A stretch of 64,000 nt of DNA from positions 232,977 to 296,976 of the forward strand of contig CAZIWN010000001.1 of assembly GCA_964543265.1 (NCBI GenBank), in the 5' to 3' direction. Positions 10,128 through 19,184 of the stretch are shown piece after piece. The notes under the pieces are model-generated. The model had not been told where the DNA came from. It saw nothing but the letters and a program-made list of their open reading frames with translations, and ran no database searches. The DNA is from an uncultured Candidatus Saccharibacteria bacterium (lineage in GTDB: Bacteria; Patescibacteriota; Minisyncoccia; UBA6257; 1-14-0-10-40-38). Position numbers and translations under genes: made by a program. The number at the start of each line of letters is the position of its first letter. The first letter of the stretch is position 1.

Positions 10128-11036
10128 TTATAAAATTTCTAATGCTCTAAGCTTTGCCGATCTCGATCTTCTATTATTTAAAATCTCATTTCTACTTGGT
10201 GGAATTGGTTTTTTTGTCAAAATTTTACCCAATCCATCTTTTTCCATATTCTTAAATTCATTTTTAACAACTTTATCTTCAAGAGACTGAAACGAAACCA
10301 CCACCACCCTTCCGCCAGGTTTTAAAATATATTTAGAATCTCTTAAAACCTTTTCTATTGCCCCCAATTCATCATTTATAAATATTCTGAAAGCTAAAAA
10401 TGTTCTAGTTGCTGGATGAATGCGTCCCATCTCATAATTTCTTGGTAAAATCTTCTTAATCGCATCAACAAGTTCAAAAGTTGTTTCTATAGGCTTTTTC
10501 CTCTGTGTTTCATATATTGAATCTGCAATTTTTCTAGCAAATCTCTCTCCGCTATAGTCTCTTAAAATTTTTTCGATTTCATCCTTTTTCAATCTCCTTA
10601 AAGCATCTCTTAATGGTTCTTTAGAGTCCTCATAAGTCATTAAAAGCGGTTCGTCTCTCATAAAAGAAAATCCCCTTCCATAATCCTCTATTTCCGGAGA
10701 AGAAAATCCAAGATCTAATACCAACCCATCAGCTTTTTCAACTAATGGATTTATAAATGACTCCCCCAATTCAGAAAAATTTCCCTGCTTAAAAATTAAA
10801 TTTCCAGAAGCCATTTCACCGCTAAATCTATTTTTTCCATTCTTTATAGCTACAGGACTCAAATCTACCGCCAACACAGTTCCATTATCTCCAACAGCTC
10901 CCAAAAACTCCCTAGTATATCCACCCTCTCCAAATGTTCCATCAATTATAAAATCTCCTTTTTTTGGTTTTAGACAATCTATAACTTCTTTTAAAAGTAC
11001 TGGAATGTGAGGCATTGTTTTATATTCCCAACTCAC
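10128..11036 (-). CDS. rsmH: 16S rRNA (cytosine1402-N4)-methyltransferase RsmH (MraW)
   Basis: HIPVLLKEVIDCL start. SAM-binding fold. Immediately follows mraZ. Confidence 0.9.
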   Translation of the reverse strand: MSWEYKTMPHIPVLLKEVIDCLKPKKGDFIIDGTFGEGGYTREFLGAVGDNGTVLAVDLSPVAIKNGKNRFSGEMASGNLIFKQGNFSELGESFINPLVEKADGLVLDLGFSSPEIEDYGRGFSFMRDEPLLMTYEDSKEPLRDALRRLKKDEIEKILRDYSGERFARKIADSIYETQRKKPIETTFELVDAIKKILPRNYEMGRIHPATRTFLAFRIFINDELGAIEKVLRDSKYILKPGGRVVVVSFQSLEDKVVKNEFKNMEKDGLGKILTKKPIPPSRNEILNNRRSRSAKLRALEIL

Positions 11037-11451
11037 CCATCTTTTCAGCTATTTCATCCGACTGTGATTCAGTTTTTGATTTATACTCCTTCCAAGAAGA
11101 TTCATCCCAAACTTCAATTCTATTAAACAATCCAGTCACAACTGCGTTTTTAGATAATCCAGCGTATTGCCTTAAATATTCTGGAATCAATATTCTTCCC
11201 TGAGTATCAACCTCAACATCAACAGCTCCAGACATCATAAGTCTCACAAAAGCCCTGGAATTAGCTTGAGCAAGAGGTAATTCTATAAGCTTGGTGGCCA
11301 ACTTATCCCACTCTGCTTTTGAAAATATAAATAAACACCTATCTAATCCCCTGGTAACAATCGCTCCAGAAACTAAACCCTTCCTGAACTTAGCAGGAAT
11401 TGCCATTCTACCCTTCAAATCTAAACTATGTGAATACTCTCCAATAAACAT
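11020..11451 (-). CDS. mraZ: transcriptional regulator MraZ
   Basis: MFIGEYSHSLDLKGRMAIPAKFR. Duplicated MraZ domain. 143 aa. Confidence 0.9.
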   Translation of the reverse strand: MFIGEYSHSLDLKGRMAIPAKFRKGLVSGAIVTRGLDRCLFIFSKAEWDKLATKLIELPLAQANSRAFVRLMMSGAVDVEVDTQGRILIPEYLRQYAGLSKNAVVTGLFNRIEVWDESSWKEYKSKTESQSDEIAEKMGELGI

Positions 11452-11474
11452 TATTTTTAAAGCAGTTTTTTAAG

Positions 11475-11514
11475 TTATCCCCAGATTCAGCGGTTATCCC
11501 CATAGTTATCCACA
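11475..11514 (+). promoter_or_regulatory. three direct repeats TTATCCCCA / TTATCCCCA / TTATCCACA (DnaA-box-like), 27-76 bp upstream of mraZ
   Basis: Boxes at 11475-11483, 11494-11502 and 11506-11514. The third box is a perfect DnaA-box consensus. On the mraZ-sense strand they read TGKGGATAAC x3. Confidence 0.55.
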
Positions 11515-11587
11515 ATTCCCCACCGCTCATTAAATATACCCCACTCCGCCCCAAACTTCAACAAATAAAACTGTTAATAAATAAAAA

Positions 11588-11623
11588 AATCTGCCTCGAA
11601 ATTTCTTAAGAGGCAGATTTTTA
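11588..11623. terminator. bidirectional terminator after the DUF305 gene
   Basis: ctgcctc-gaaatttctta-gaggcag, flanked by an A-run and a T-run. Confidence 0.55.
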
Positions 11624-11639
11624 TATAAATATACTTTTC

Positions 11640-12056
11640 TTAATTTATTTTTATCATCACATCATTAGAATCTTTGGATTTAAACCATTGCTGCAACCAA
11701 CCCTTCATCTTTTCAATTTCAGAAGTTTGTCCAGCAATAATATCACTAGATAGCATCAATATTTCTGGTCTGTGAGAAGTTATTAGTGCCTTATTTGCCA
11801 TTGAAACAGCTCCTTGGTGATGAGTGATCATCTCACCTAAAAAAGCCTTATCAAATTCATCGCCACTTAAACCATCCAAGCCAGACATCATACCCCTCAC
11901 GCTTTCGTTCATTCCAGAAACGAGCTTACTTCCAGACAAGTTATCAACCACCATATCAGATCCCTTACTCCCACCGTCAAATCCCCAAATCAAAAAACCT
12001 ACAAAAATACCCAAAACCAACAAGATCGCTCCACTAAAAAAATTATTCTTTTGCAT
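11640..12056 (-). CDS. DUF305-family (ferritin-like) secreted protein
   Basis: N-terminal TM/signal. HHQGAVSMA ... EIEKMKGWL motif pair typical of DUF305. Confidence 0.5.
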   Translation of the reverse strand: MQKNNFFSGAILLVLGIFVGFLIWGFDGGSKGSDMVVDNLSGSKLVSGMNESVRGMMSGLDGLSGDEFDKAFLGEMITHHQGAVSMANKALITSHRPEILMLSSDIIAGQTSEIEKMKGWLQQWFKSKDSNDVMIKIN

Positions 12057-12116
12057 ATTTTTATTAATTTTATTCCTTCAATATATTTTTAACAAAAAAA
12101 TATATCAATATCAAAT

Positions 12117-13070
12117 CTATACTAGCTCTACCAAGGCAGACGCCAAATAGCTCTCCCTCATAAGTGAACTGCCGTTCATAAAATCCTCATCTTGACCCAA
12201 AAAAGTTATTTTCTTAATCCTACCTCCGCTAAAAGCTGATAAGCTAATCATATTTTTCAAATCATTATTATTTATTTCACTAAAATTAGTAGCCACAAAT
12301 AAACATCCCCCAGGGTTAAGTATTTTTAAAGACATATCTATTAAAACTTGCATATCCTTCTTAACGCTAAAAGATTTGCCATCATGGGTAGAAAAAGAAG
12401 GAGGATCAATAATTACAATATCAAAATAATTATTCTTTTTTACTGCTATTTTTAAATATTCCACAGAATCAAAGACAGTAAATTCATTCTTATTAGGAAT
12501 AATTCCGTTTAATTCATAATTTATCTTTCCCCTATTCAATATCTTTTTACTTATATCAACATTCACGACATCCTTTGCTCCACCACTTCGGACATAAACC
12601 CCAAAAGAACAGGTGTATGCAAAAAGATTTAAAACTTTTTTATCTCGAGATAATCCTTTTATAACTTGCCTATTGCGCCTCATATCCAAAAACAAACCCG
12701 TATTTAAAGTATCGTTCATATCAACTTCAAACTTTAAACCGTTTTCTAGAACCACGGTTTTAGGATTACCAGAATCTATCCAAACTTCCGATCTAAAAGC
12801 ATCCTTTTTAGAAGACGCAGATTCTGTTCTGTCTTTTACAATAAAATACTCCCCACCAAAATCCCTAACAATATTAATTAATACCTCTTTTTCATTTAAC
12901 CACTTTTTATTAAAAATCTGAGCCACAAAATGCTTATTATGCTTTTCTAAAATCAATCCATCAAGATTATCGGCGATACCATTAACTAAGCGCACAGCGT
13001 TTGTGTTTTCTAAAATTTTTCCACGTTTATTAATAGCAGATATTAATAGATCAATAATTTGAATAACCAT
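12117..13070 (-). CDS. class I SAM-dependent rRNA methyltransferase, RlmI/RlmK-like
   Basis: Motif IVIIDPPSFS and a Rossmann-type MTase core. Confidence 0.6.
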   Translation of the reverse strand: MVIQIIDLLISAINKRGKILENTNAVRLVNGIADNLDGLILEKHNKHFVAQIFNKKWLNEKEVLINIVRDFGGEYFIVKDRTESASSKKDAFRSEVWIDSGNPKTVVLENGLKFEVDMNDTLNTGLFLDMRRNRQVIKGLSRDKKVLNLFAYTCSFGVYVRSGGAKDVVNVDISKKILNRGKINYELNGIIPNKNEFTVFDSVEYLKIAVKKNNYFDIVIIDPPSFSTHDGKSFSVKKDMQVLIDMSLKILNPGGCLFVATNFSEINNNDLKNMISLSAFSGGRIKKITFLGQDEDFMNGSSLMRESYLASALVELV

Positions 13071-13079
13071 TTATTTTAG

Positions 13080-13151
13080 TGCGCTTTGCTGGTATCGAAC
13101 CAGCGACCCCTTCAATGTGAATGAAGTGCTCTACCACTGAGCTAAAAGCGC
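13080..13151 (-). tRNA. tRNA-Val (anticodon CAC)
   Basis: Reverse complement GCGCTTTTAGCTCAGTGGTAGAGCACTTCATTCACATTGAAG...TTCGATACCAGCAAAGCGC. Anticodon loop TTCACAT. Confidence 0.8.
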
Positions 13152-13180
13152 ATAATCTAAATTAAAGTATAGTAAATATA

Positions 13181-13211
13181 AAAAATCTGTCCAAATTTGG
13201 ACAGATTTTTT
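13181..13211. terminator. bidirectional terminator
   Basis: aaaaaatctgtccaaatttggacagatttttt. Confidence 0.6.
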
Positions 13212-13231
13212 ATATAAGACAGATTTCAATC

Positions 13232-13600
13232 TTATTTCACCTCTACCTTGGCTCCAGCAGCTTCTAACTTAGTTTTCAAGTCAGTTGCTTCTTCTTTCTT
13301 AATTCCAGTTTTAACTGGCTTTGGAGCGCCATCAACTAAATCTTTAGCCTCCTTAAGTCCTAATCCCAAAGCTTCTCTCAAAACTTTAATGACTTGGATT
13401 TTTTGAGCTCCGCCATCAGTCAAAACAACATCAAACGCTGTTTTTTCTTCAGCAGCTTCAGCTCCAGCTCCACCACCCATTCCGGCAACTGGCATAGCCG
13501 CAGAAACTCCGAATTTTGCTTCCATCTTTTTTATTAATTCTGAAATTTCAACAACGGTCAAAGTTTCAACTTCAGAAATTATTTTATCTAACTTTTCCAT
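13232..13600 (-). CDS. rplL: 50S ribosomal protein L7/L12
   Basis: [32 protein letters not shown]. Ala-rich hinge. 122 aa. Confidence 0.9.
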   Translation of the reverse strand: MEKLDKIISEVETLTVVEISELIKKMEAKFGVSAAMPVAGMGGGAGAEAAEEKTAFDVVLTDGGAQKIQVIKVLREALGLGLKEAKDLVDGAPKPVKTGIKKEEATDLKTKLEAAGAKVEVK

Positions 13601-13628
13601 ATTTTTAATTTATTTTTAACTTTTATAA

Positions 13629-14129
13629 TTATTTCTTTTTACCAACTTCATCCAACGTATACATCATTTTTCTTATTGGACCAGTAATAGCTCCCATAAG
13701 AAGTTGCAACAATACCTCTCTTGAAGGAAGTTTTGCAATTTCTGTAAACGCTTTAAGATCTAAGAAATTCTTTTTATTAATTTCATAAGCTCCTAAAATA
13801 TTTAGAACCTTCTTATCTTTAACAACTTCTTTTTGAAATTTATGAATTATTCCAGCAATAGAAGAGACATCTCCTTTTGCAAAAACTCCGGCAACCTGAG
13901 CTGTAAATGTTACTGGATCAAAATCTAATCCAGATTTTTTCATTGCCACAGCCAACAATCTCTTCTTAAAGATTCTTATTTGCCCACCTGCCGATTTTAA
14001 ATCTTTTTTCAATTTATTAACCGAAGCAGTTGGAATGCCGGTAAAATCTATAAATATCAAACTCTGATTCTTAGAAATTAAATCTCTTCCAAGCTTAATT
14101 TCCTTCGATTTCTGCTCTTTTGTTTTCAT
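13629..14129 (-). CDS. rplJ: 50S ribosomal protein L10
   Basis: 166 aa, L10 N-terminal pattern. Directly upstream of rplL. Confidence 0.85.
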   Translation of the reverse strand: MKTKEQKSKEIKLGRDLISKNQSLIFIDFTGIPTASVNKLKKDLKSAGGQIRIFKKRLLAVAMKKSGLDFDPVTFTAQVAGVFAKGDVSSIAGIIHKFQKEVVKDKKVLNILGAYEINKKNFLDLKAFTEIAKLPSREVLLQLLMGAITGPIRKMMYTLDEVGKKK

Positions 14130-14390
14130 TATTTTACTTATTATCTATCGTTCGACCATTTTATAAATGTCTCCTTAAAAAGAAAAAAGACGTGATTTCC
14201 ACGACTTTTGATTCAGAATACAAAAAACAGTATTCTCCTCGGAAGGACTTATTTGAATGCCCTCTGTCTTTGGAAACATAAAAATACTAACAGAATATAT
14301 AGCCAAAAGTCAAATATTGACTTTAAAACCTAAACGTAATACAATAACCCAACTGTCAATTGGGGGAAAAAGTAGTTCCTTTTGGCGGTA

Positions 14391-14445
14391 CCCCTGAATC
14401 TCGCACCACGGGCACCGGCGCGAGAATCAGGGGTTGTTTTTTTAT
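14391..14445 (+). terminator. GC-rich 14-bp hairpin plus T-run on the plus strand, with no annotated upstream plus-strand gene
   Basis: cccctgaatctcgc-accacgggcaccgg-cgcgagaatcagggg then ttgttttttta. Lies in the trmD-rplJ spacer. Confidence 0.5.
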
Positions 14446-14457
14446 AAAACAAATTTA

Positions 14458-15126
14458 TTACCGAGCACTCCTCCAATCTTCAATTTTTTTATGATCACCG
14501 GATAAAAGAACTTCTGGAACCTTTAATCTCTTTGTTTTTTTACCATTCTTTATCTCAAAAACTTCTGGACGAGTATAGGTTGGATAATAACCCTTAACAT
14601 CTTCCAAGGATTCATATTTCCCCAAAAAGCCAGGTATAAATCTCGAAACTGTCTCCATTAAAACCATGGCCGGAATCTCTCCACCAGACAAAACATAATC
14701 CCCAATAGAGACTTCCTCATCGGCAACATTTTCAGCCACTCTTTCATCTACGCCCTCATACCTTCCACAAATCAAAATCAATCTATCATATTTTGCCAAT
14801 CTTTTAGCCATTTCCGAATCAAGCTTCTTGCCCCTTGTAGAAAACAAAATGACCCTAGTTTTTTTATTTGGTTTCAATTTCTCTACGGCCTTATAAATTG
14901 GCTCAACTTTTAAAACCATTCCCGGACCCCCTCCATATGGACTTCCGTCAACCGTTCTGTGCTTATCTTCTGTGTAATCTCTTAGATCGTGAATTTTTAT
15001 ATTTAAAATTTCATTTTTTTTGGCGCGCTTAAAAAGCGATTCATTAAAATATGAATCAAAAATCTTTGGAAAAATCGTTATAATATCAAAATTTATTCTC
15101 TTTACAGCCTTTTTCATAACCACCAT
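14458..15126 (-). CDS. trmD: tRNA (guanine37-N1)-methyltransferase
   Basis: DIITIFPKIF...DLRDYT...SPYGGGPGMVL. SPOUT knot motifs. Confidence 0.9.
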   Translation of the reverse strand: MVVMKKAVKRINFDIITIFPKIFDSYFNESLFKRAKKNEILNIKIHDLRDYTEDKHRTVDGSPYGGGPGMVLKVEPIYKAVEKLKPNKKTRVILFSTRGKKLDSEMAKRLAKYDRLILICGRYEGVDERVAENVADEEVSIGDYVLSGGEIPAMVLMETVSRFIPGFLGKYESLEDVKGYYPTYTRPEVFEIKNGKKTKRLKVPEVLLSGDHKKIEDWRSAR

Positions 15127-15188
15127 ATAATACCAGAAATAATAAAATTTGTAAATAAATTACAAATCTTTCGATTATAAAAGATCAG

Positions 15189-15266
15189 CTACAAGGCGCG
15201 AGTGAGTACCGACTGAGATGTATTGATATAAATACTTCGAAGGAGGAGTGGAGTGAGCAACGCCGT
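15189..15266 (+). repeat. intergenic structured repeat, copy 2 (long subfamily with central palindrome)
   Basis: tacAAGGCGCGAGTGAGTACCGACTGAGATGTATTGATATAAATACTTCGAAGGAGGAG...AACGCCGTA. Flanked by inverted repeat cgattataaaagatcagc / gatgaattttataattg. Confidence 0.75.
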
Positions 15267-15323
15267 AGATGAATTTTATAATTGAAAGTATAAAAAAAAT
15301 GAGACCGATTGGTCTCATTTTTT

Positions 15324-15617
15324 TTACAACCCAGGTTCTACTCTTGGCGCCCTAGTCGATCCTTCTGGTTCGTCTATTTTAAGATTAACTCTTGCGTTGT
15401 GTTTTATTCCCACAATTCTTAAAAGGGATCTAATCGCTTTAGCGGTTGCCCCTTGTCTACCCACAACTTGACCCATATCTTCGGGATGAACTTTTAAAGT
15501 TAAAAGAACCCCCATCTCGTCAACTTTTCTATCGATTTTGACATCATCTGGATGATCAACAATCGCCTTAACTAAACTTTCTAAAAATTCTTGGTCTGCT
15601 ATTCTCATTTTCTTCAA
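15324..15617 (-). CDS. KH-domain RNA-binding protein (YlqC/UPF0109 family)
   Basis: GVLLTLKVHPEDMGQVVGRQGATAKAIRSLL. Conserved position between rpsP and trmD. Confidence 0.8.
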   Translation of the reverse strand: MKKMRIADQEFLESLVKAIVDHPDDVKIDRKVDEMGVLLTLKVHPEDMGQVVGRQGATAKAIRSLLRIVGIKHNARVNLKIDEPEGSTRAPRVEPGL

Positions 15618-15721
15618 AATTTATTTCTGATTCGTGACGACCTTTCCGCGTTAACTGCGTGACTAAATTATAAAATACAAAAACAAAAAATGAAATTAAC
15701 AACTAACCCGAAATAAAAATC

Positions 15722-16042
15722 TTATTTAGCCGCTTCAGCAGCTGCTGGTGCAGCTTTAGCTTCTTCTTTTGATTTCTTTGGTTTTGCGTGAACTGCAATC
15801 TTTTTTCCCTCAATAACCTTATTCGCAAGTAGTAAATTATGAACAGTATCGGTTGGTTGAGCTCCATTTTTAATCCAATATAAAACTCTTTCTTTATTGA
15901 TCTCTACCTTGTTTAATTCTGGGTTAAAATAGCCCAAATCCTCCAAAGATCTTCCAACCATAGTAGATCTTCTCTCATTAACAATAAGCCTATATGCTGG
16001 CTGGTGCTTCTTTCCTATTCTTTTTAGTTTAATTGCTAACAT
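15722..16042 (-). CDS. rpsP: 30S ribosomal protein S16
   Basis: MLAIKLKRIGKKHQPAYRLIV. Lys/Ala-rich C-terminal tail. Confidence 0.9.
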   Translation of the reverse strand: MLAIKLKRIGKKHQPAYRLIVNERRSTMVGRSLEDLGYFNPELNKVEINKERVLYWIKNGAQPTDTVHNLLLANKVIEGKKIAVHAKPKKSKEEAKAAPAAAEAAK

Positions 16043-16103
16043 TGTATTTGAATAAATATATGAGATATATAGTATTAGAAAACTTTAAACTTGTCAAAAA
16101 AAT

Positions 16104-18290
16104 CTAATCCAGCTTCAAAGATAAGAGTTTTGATGATCCATCCTCCCCCAAAGTAACACCATAAAGAACACTTGCAATCTCCATAGTTGCCCTATTATGA
16201 GTAACAATCAAAAATTGAGTTTTCTTTGAAAAATCCTTAATTAAAGAGCTTAATCTCTTAGTATTTGCCTCATCTAAAGCCGCATCAATTTCATCTAAAA
16301 CTAGAAATGGCGGAGGACTGACAGAAATCAAAGCAAATAATACTGCCAAAGAAACCAAGCTCTTCTCTCCTCCAGATAAAGACTCAAGAGAAGCGACTTT
16401 CTTTTTTGGTAACGAAACAGATATTTCAATACCTCCATGGTCAAATTTCTTCCGTTCCTCAATTTCCACCTCATCAGAATTATTTTTTGGAACAATTTCC
16501 TCTATCTCACCTTCAACAATCTCTTTAATTTCTTTTTTAACCAAGGTTAATTTTGCCGATCCGCCCTGAAACATTAATTTAAAATAATTAGTAAATTCAT
16601 GATTAATTTTAACCATGGCTTCCTTAAATTCTTTATGTATTTTTTCATCCAATTCCTTGATTAAAGAATTTAAATCTGCAAATGCTTTTTCCAAATCCTG
16701 AATTTGAGAAGATAAAAATGAATATCTAGCTTCAGTTTCCTTCGCTTCTTTTAAAAGAGATTCGTCCACCTCTCCAATAGCAGATATTTCCGATCTTAAT
16801 TTAAAAATTTTTCTTTCGGATTCTCTTGCCTCGCTTTCAGAGAATGAGTTAGTTAAACCCTCTTCCGAAACACCAAACTGCTTCATTTCTTTTAAGATTT
16901 CATCTTTAGAAATTAATATTTTTTCCAATTCAAAGGCAAATCTAGATCTAGAACTTAATAATTCTGATATTTCCCTATTTTTATCTTGAACCCTAATAAA
17001 AGACTTTTTAAAATTATCGTTAAATTCTTTGCTAGAATTAGAAATCTCCGCTTCCTCTTTTGAAAGAGATGATATTTCCATTTCTAGTTGCTTAAGATTC
17101 TCAAATAATTCTTTCTTCTTTTTTTCAAATTCTTCTCTTTCTACATTATTTGTAACTTCTGAAGTTTTTTCAGAATCTTCAAAAAAATTATCAATCTTTG
17201 AAATTAAATCTTTCAATGCAGATTTTAATATTTCAAAATCAGATAACTCATATGTCTCTTCTATTTTTTTTCTTACATCCTTAAAAAACACAACCACCTC
17301 TTCGCTATTTACCACCTTTTTATCCTTCTTTTTGGGTAAAAATTCGATTTGCGCCTCAATCTTTCCCAACTCCCTTTCTACATGAGACTTCTTTTCATAA
17401 ATCTGATTTTTCCTTTCTGCGACAGCTCTTCTTTTCTGCTCTTCCTCTTTTTTACTTTCCTTATTACTATCTTCTAAATTTTTTACCTCCTTTTCAAGCA
17501 AACCAAGCTCTTCTTTTCTAGCAGAAATAGCAATATCAATATTTTTTATATCTAGTCCGATTTTTTCTTCCTGTGTCTTATAAACACTTAATTTAGAACC
17601 ATAATAATTCTTTTCTAGATTAACTAGTTCATTCCTATATTCATCGTGCTTTTCCCATTTAGCCGCTTGGCGTCTCAAGACTTTCAAATGAGGCAAGATC
17701 TCTTCGGTCAGAGCTTTTGCCTTATCCATATTTATTCTTGTGCTTTCAAGCTTCAGTTCAGATTCATGTTTTTTTATCTGATAAGTTCTAAGTCCAAGAA
17801 TTTCTTCCAACATTTCTCTTCTCTCTTTTTCGCTGGCCTTTATGAAGATATCACTCTGTCCTTGATTGATGATGGTTAAACCTCTAGCGCCAAGCTTAGA
17901 TTTGGCAAAAAAATCTAAAATCTCTTTAGCTCTAACTTCTGAATCATTTATAAAGTATTTTGATGTTCCGTCTCTATCAATTCTTCTAGAAACAGTCACT
18001 TCCTCATATTCAACAGGAAAAAACTTTGAAGAATTATCGAGTGTCATTGAAGCCTGCGCAAACCCAGCTCTTGGCCTTGTTGGAGTACCAGAAAAAATCA
18101 AATCTTCTGCTTTTCCACCTCTCATATTTTTCGCCTCTCTTTCACCCAAAAGCCAACGGATGGCATCTATCACATTAGATTTTCCAGATCCATTAGGACC
18201 CACAACCGCCAAAACTCCTTCCGGAAAATCCAAAACCGCCTTTTCCGCAAAAGACTTAAATCCCAAAAGTTCCAATTTCTTCAAAAGCAT
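16104..18290 (-). CDS. smc: SMC-family chromosome partition ATPase (short-arm variant, 728 aa)
   Basis: N-terminus LELLGFKSF...GPNGSGKSN (Walker A). Long coiled-coil. C-terminal signature LSGGEKSLVSLAVLFAL and Walker B LDEIDAALD. Confidence 0.65.
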   Translation of the reverse strand: MLLKKLELLGFKSFAEKAVLDFPEGVLAVVGPNGSGKSNVIDAIRWLLGEREAKNMRGGKAEDLIFSGTPTRPRAGFAQASMTLDNSSKFFPVEYEEVTVSRRIDRDGTSKYFINDSEVRAKEILDFFAKSKLGARGLTIINQGQSDIFIKASEKERREMLEEILGLRTYQIKKHESELKLESTRINMDKAKALTEEILPHLKVLRRQAAKWEKHDEYRNELVNLEKNYYGSKLSVYKTQEEKIGLDIKNIDIAISARKEELGLLEKEVKNLEDSNKESKKEEEQKRRAVAERKNQIYEKKSHVERELGKIEAQIEFLPKKKDKKVVNSEEVVVFFKDVRKKIEETYELSDFEILKSALKDLISKIDNFFEDSEKTSEVTNNVEREEFEKKKKELFENLKQLEMEISSLSKEEAEISNSSKEFNDNFKKSFIRVQDKNREISELLSSRSRFAFELEKILISKDEILKEMKQFGVSEEGLTNSFSESEARESERKIFKLRSEISAIGEVDESLLKEAKETEARYSFLSSQIQDLEKAFADLNSLIKELDEKIHKEFKEAMVKINHEFTNYFKLMFQGGSAKLTLVKKEIKEIVEGEIEEIVPKNNSDEVEIEERKKFDHGGIEISVSLPKKKVASLESLSGGEKSLVSLAVLFALISVSPPPFLVLDEIDAALDEANTKRLSSLIKDFSKKTQFLIVTHNRATMEIASVLYGVTLGEDGSSKLLSLKLD

Positions 18291-18408
18291 AAAGTAAAAT
18301 TATAACAGAACCAATAAAAACAATGTATTCAAACCTCTTTAATTTAAATTCTTATATTCAACTAAAAATCGCTAGTGCTAGATAGATATAATTTTCAAAT
18401 TTTATAAA

Positions 18409-18473
18409 TACAAGGCGTTTCGACGAAGTTGTATCAGAGCCATGCGGATACTACGAGAAGAAACAACGAAGTA
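18409..18473 (+). repeat. intergenic structured repeat, copy 3 (short subfamily)
   Basis: tacAAGGCGTTTCGACGAAGTTGTATCAGAGCCATGCGGATACTACGAGAAGAAACAACGAAGTA. Confidence 0.8.
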
Positions 18474-18492
18474 TTTTTCAAAAATCAAAACA

Positions 18493-19176
18493 TTACAAAC
18501 TTAAAAGAGCTTTTTTGGCTGCGTCCACCTCTGCATCTTGCTTAGACTGTCCAGTTCCAGTCGCAATCAATTTTTCCCCAAAGAAAACTCCAGAAGTAAA
18601 AACTCTGGCATGGTCTGGTCCTTCTTCTCCTAAAACTTTATAAACTGGAGTTATTTTATTTTTCTCCTGTATTATTTCCTGTAACTTACTTTTGGCATCA
18701 TATTGCAAACCCTTAGCTAAAATCTCTTCTAAATTATTCATTACAAATTTCTTAATAAAAGCCTTGGCTGGCTTAATTCCCCCATCAAGATAAATTGCTC
18801 CAATAACAGCTTCTGCGCCATTAGCCAAAATAACATCTCTGGCTCTCCCAGAATCTTTTGCTTCTCCTTTAGAAAGCAAAATAAAATCATCTAATTTAAA
18901 ATCTCTGGCAATTTTCGCCATCATTTGAAAATTAACCAAAGCAGATCTTATCGGAGTTAATTTCCCTTCTGGGTGTTGCGGAAACAGTAAAAACAATTCC
19001 TCCGTTGTAATAAGCTCTAAAACAGCATCGCCCAAAAACTCCATTCTTTCGTTTTGGCCATACTGCCACTGCGGATTCTCATTCAAATATGAACGATGAG
19101 TCAGCGCTTCTTTTAGAAAATCCTGATTTTTAAATTTATAATCTATTATTTTTTCAAAACTCTTAAAATTATCCAT
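18493..19176 (-). CDS. rnc: ribonuclease III
   Basis: RNase III signature ERMEFLGDAVLEL. C-terminal dsRBD. Confidence 0.9.
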   Translation of the reverse strand: MDNFKSFEKIIDYKFKNQDFLKEALTHRSYLNENPQWQYGQNERMEFLGDAVLELITTEELFLLFPQHPEGKLTPIRSALVNFQMMAKIARDFKLDDFILLSKGEAKDSGRARDVILANGAEAVIGAIYLDGGIKPAKAFIKKFVMNNLEEILAKGLQYDAKSKLQEIIQEKNKITPVYKVLGEEGPDHARVFTSGVFFGEKLIATGTGQSKQDAEVDAAKKALLSL

Positions 19177-19184
19177 AATTAAAA

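Noticed and set aside
11452-11640. Origin of replication at the DnaA-box cluster
   Set aside because: There is no strand switch of gene orientation, no dnaA/dnaN nearby and no AT-rich unwinding element beyond background. A regulatory site for mraZ is more parsimonious.
17029-18297. Plus-strand ORFs 17029..17385, 17646..17879, 17866..18297 and similar antisense ORFs inside pilB, gyrB, ligA and others
   Set aside because: They are fully embedded antisense in well-supported genes (smc and the rest). Ser/Phe/Leu-rich composition is typical of antisense frames in AT-rich DNA.
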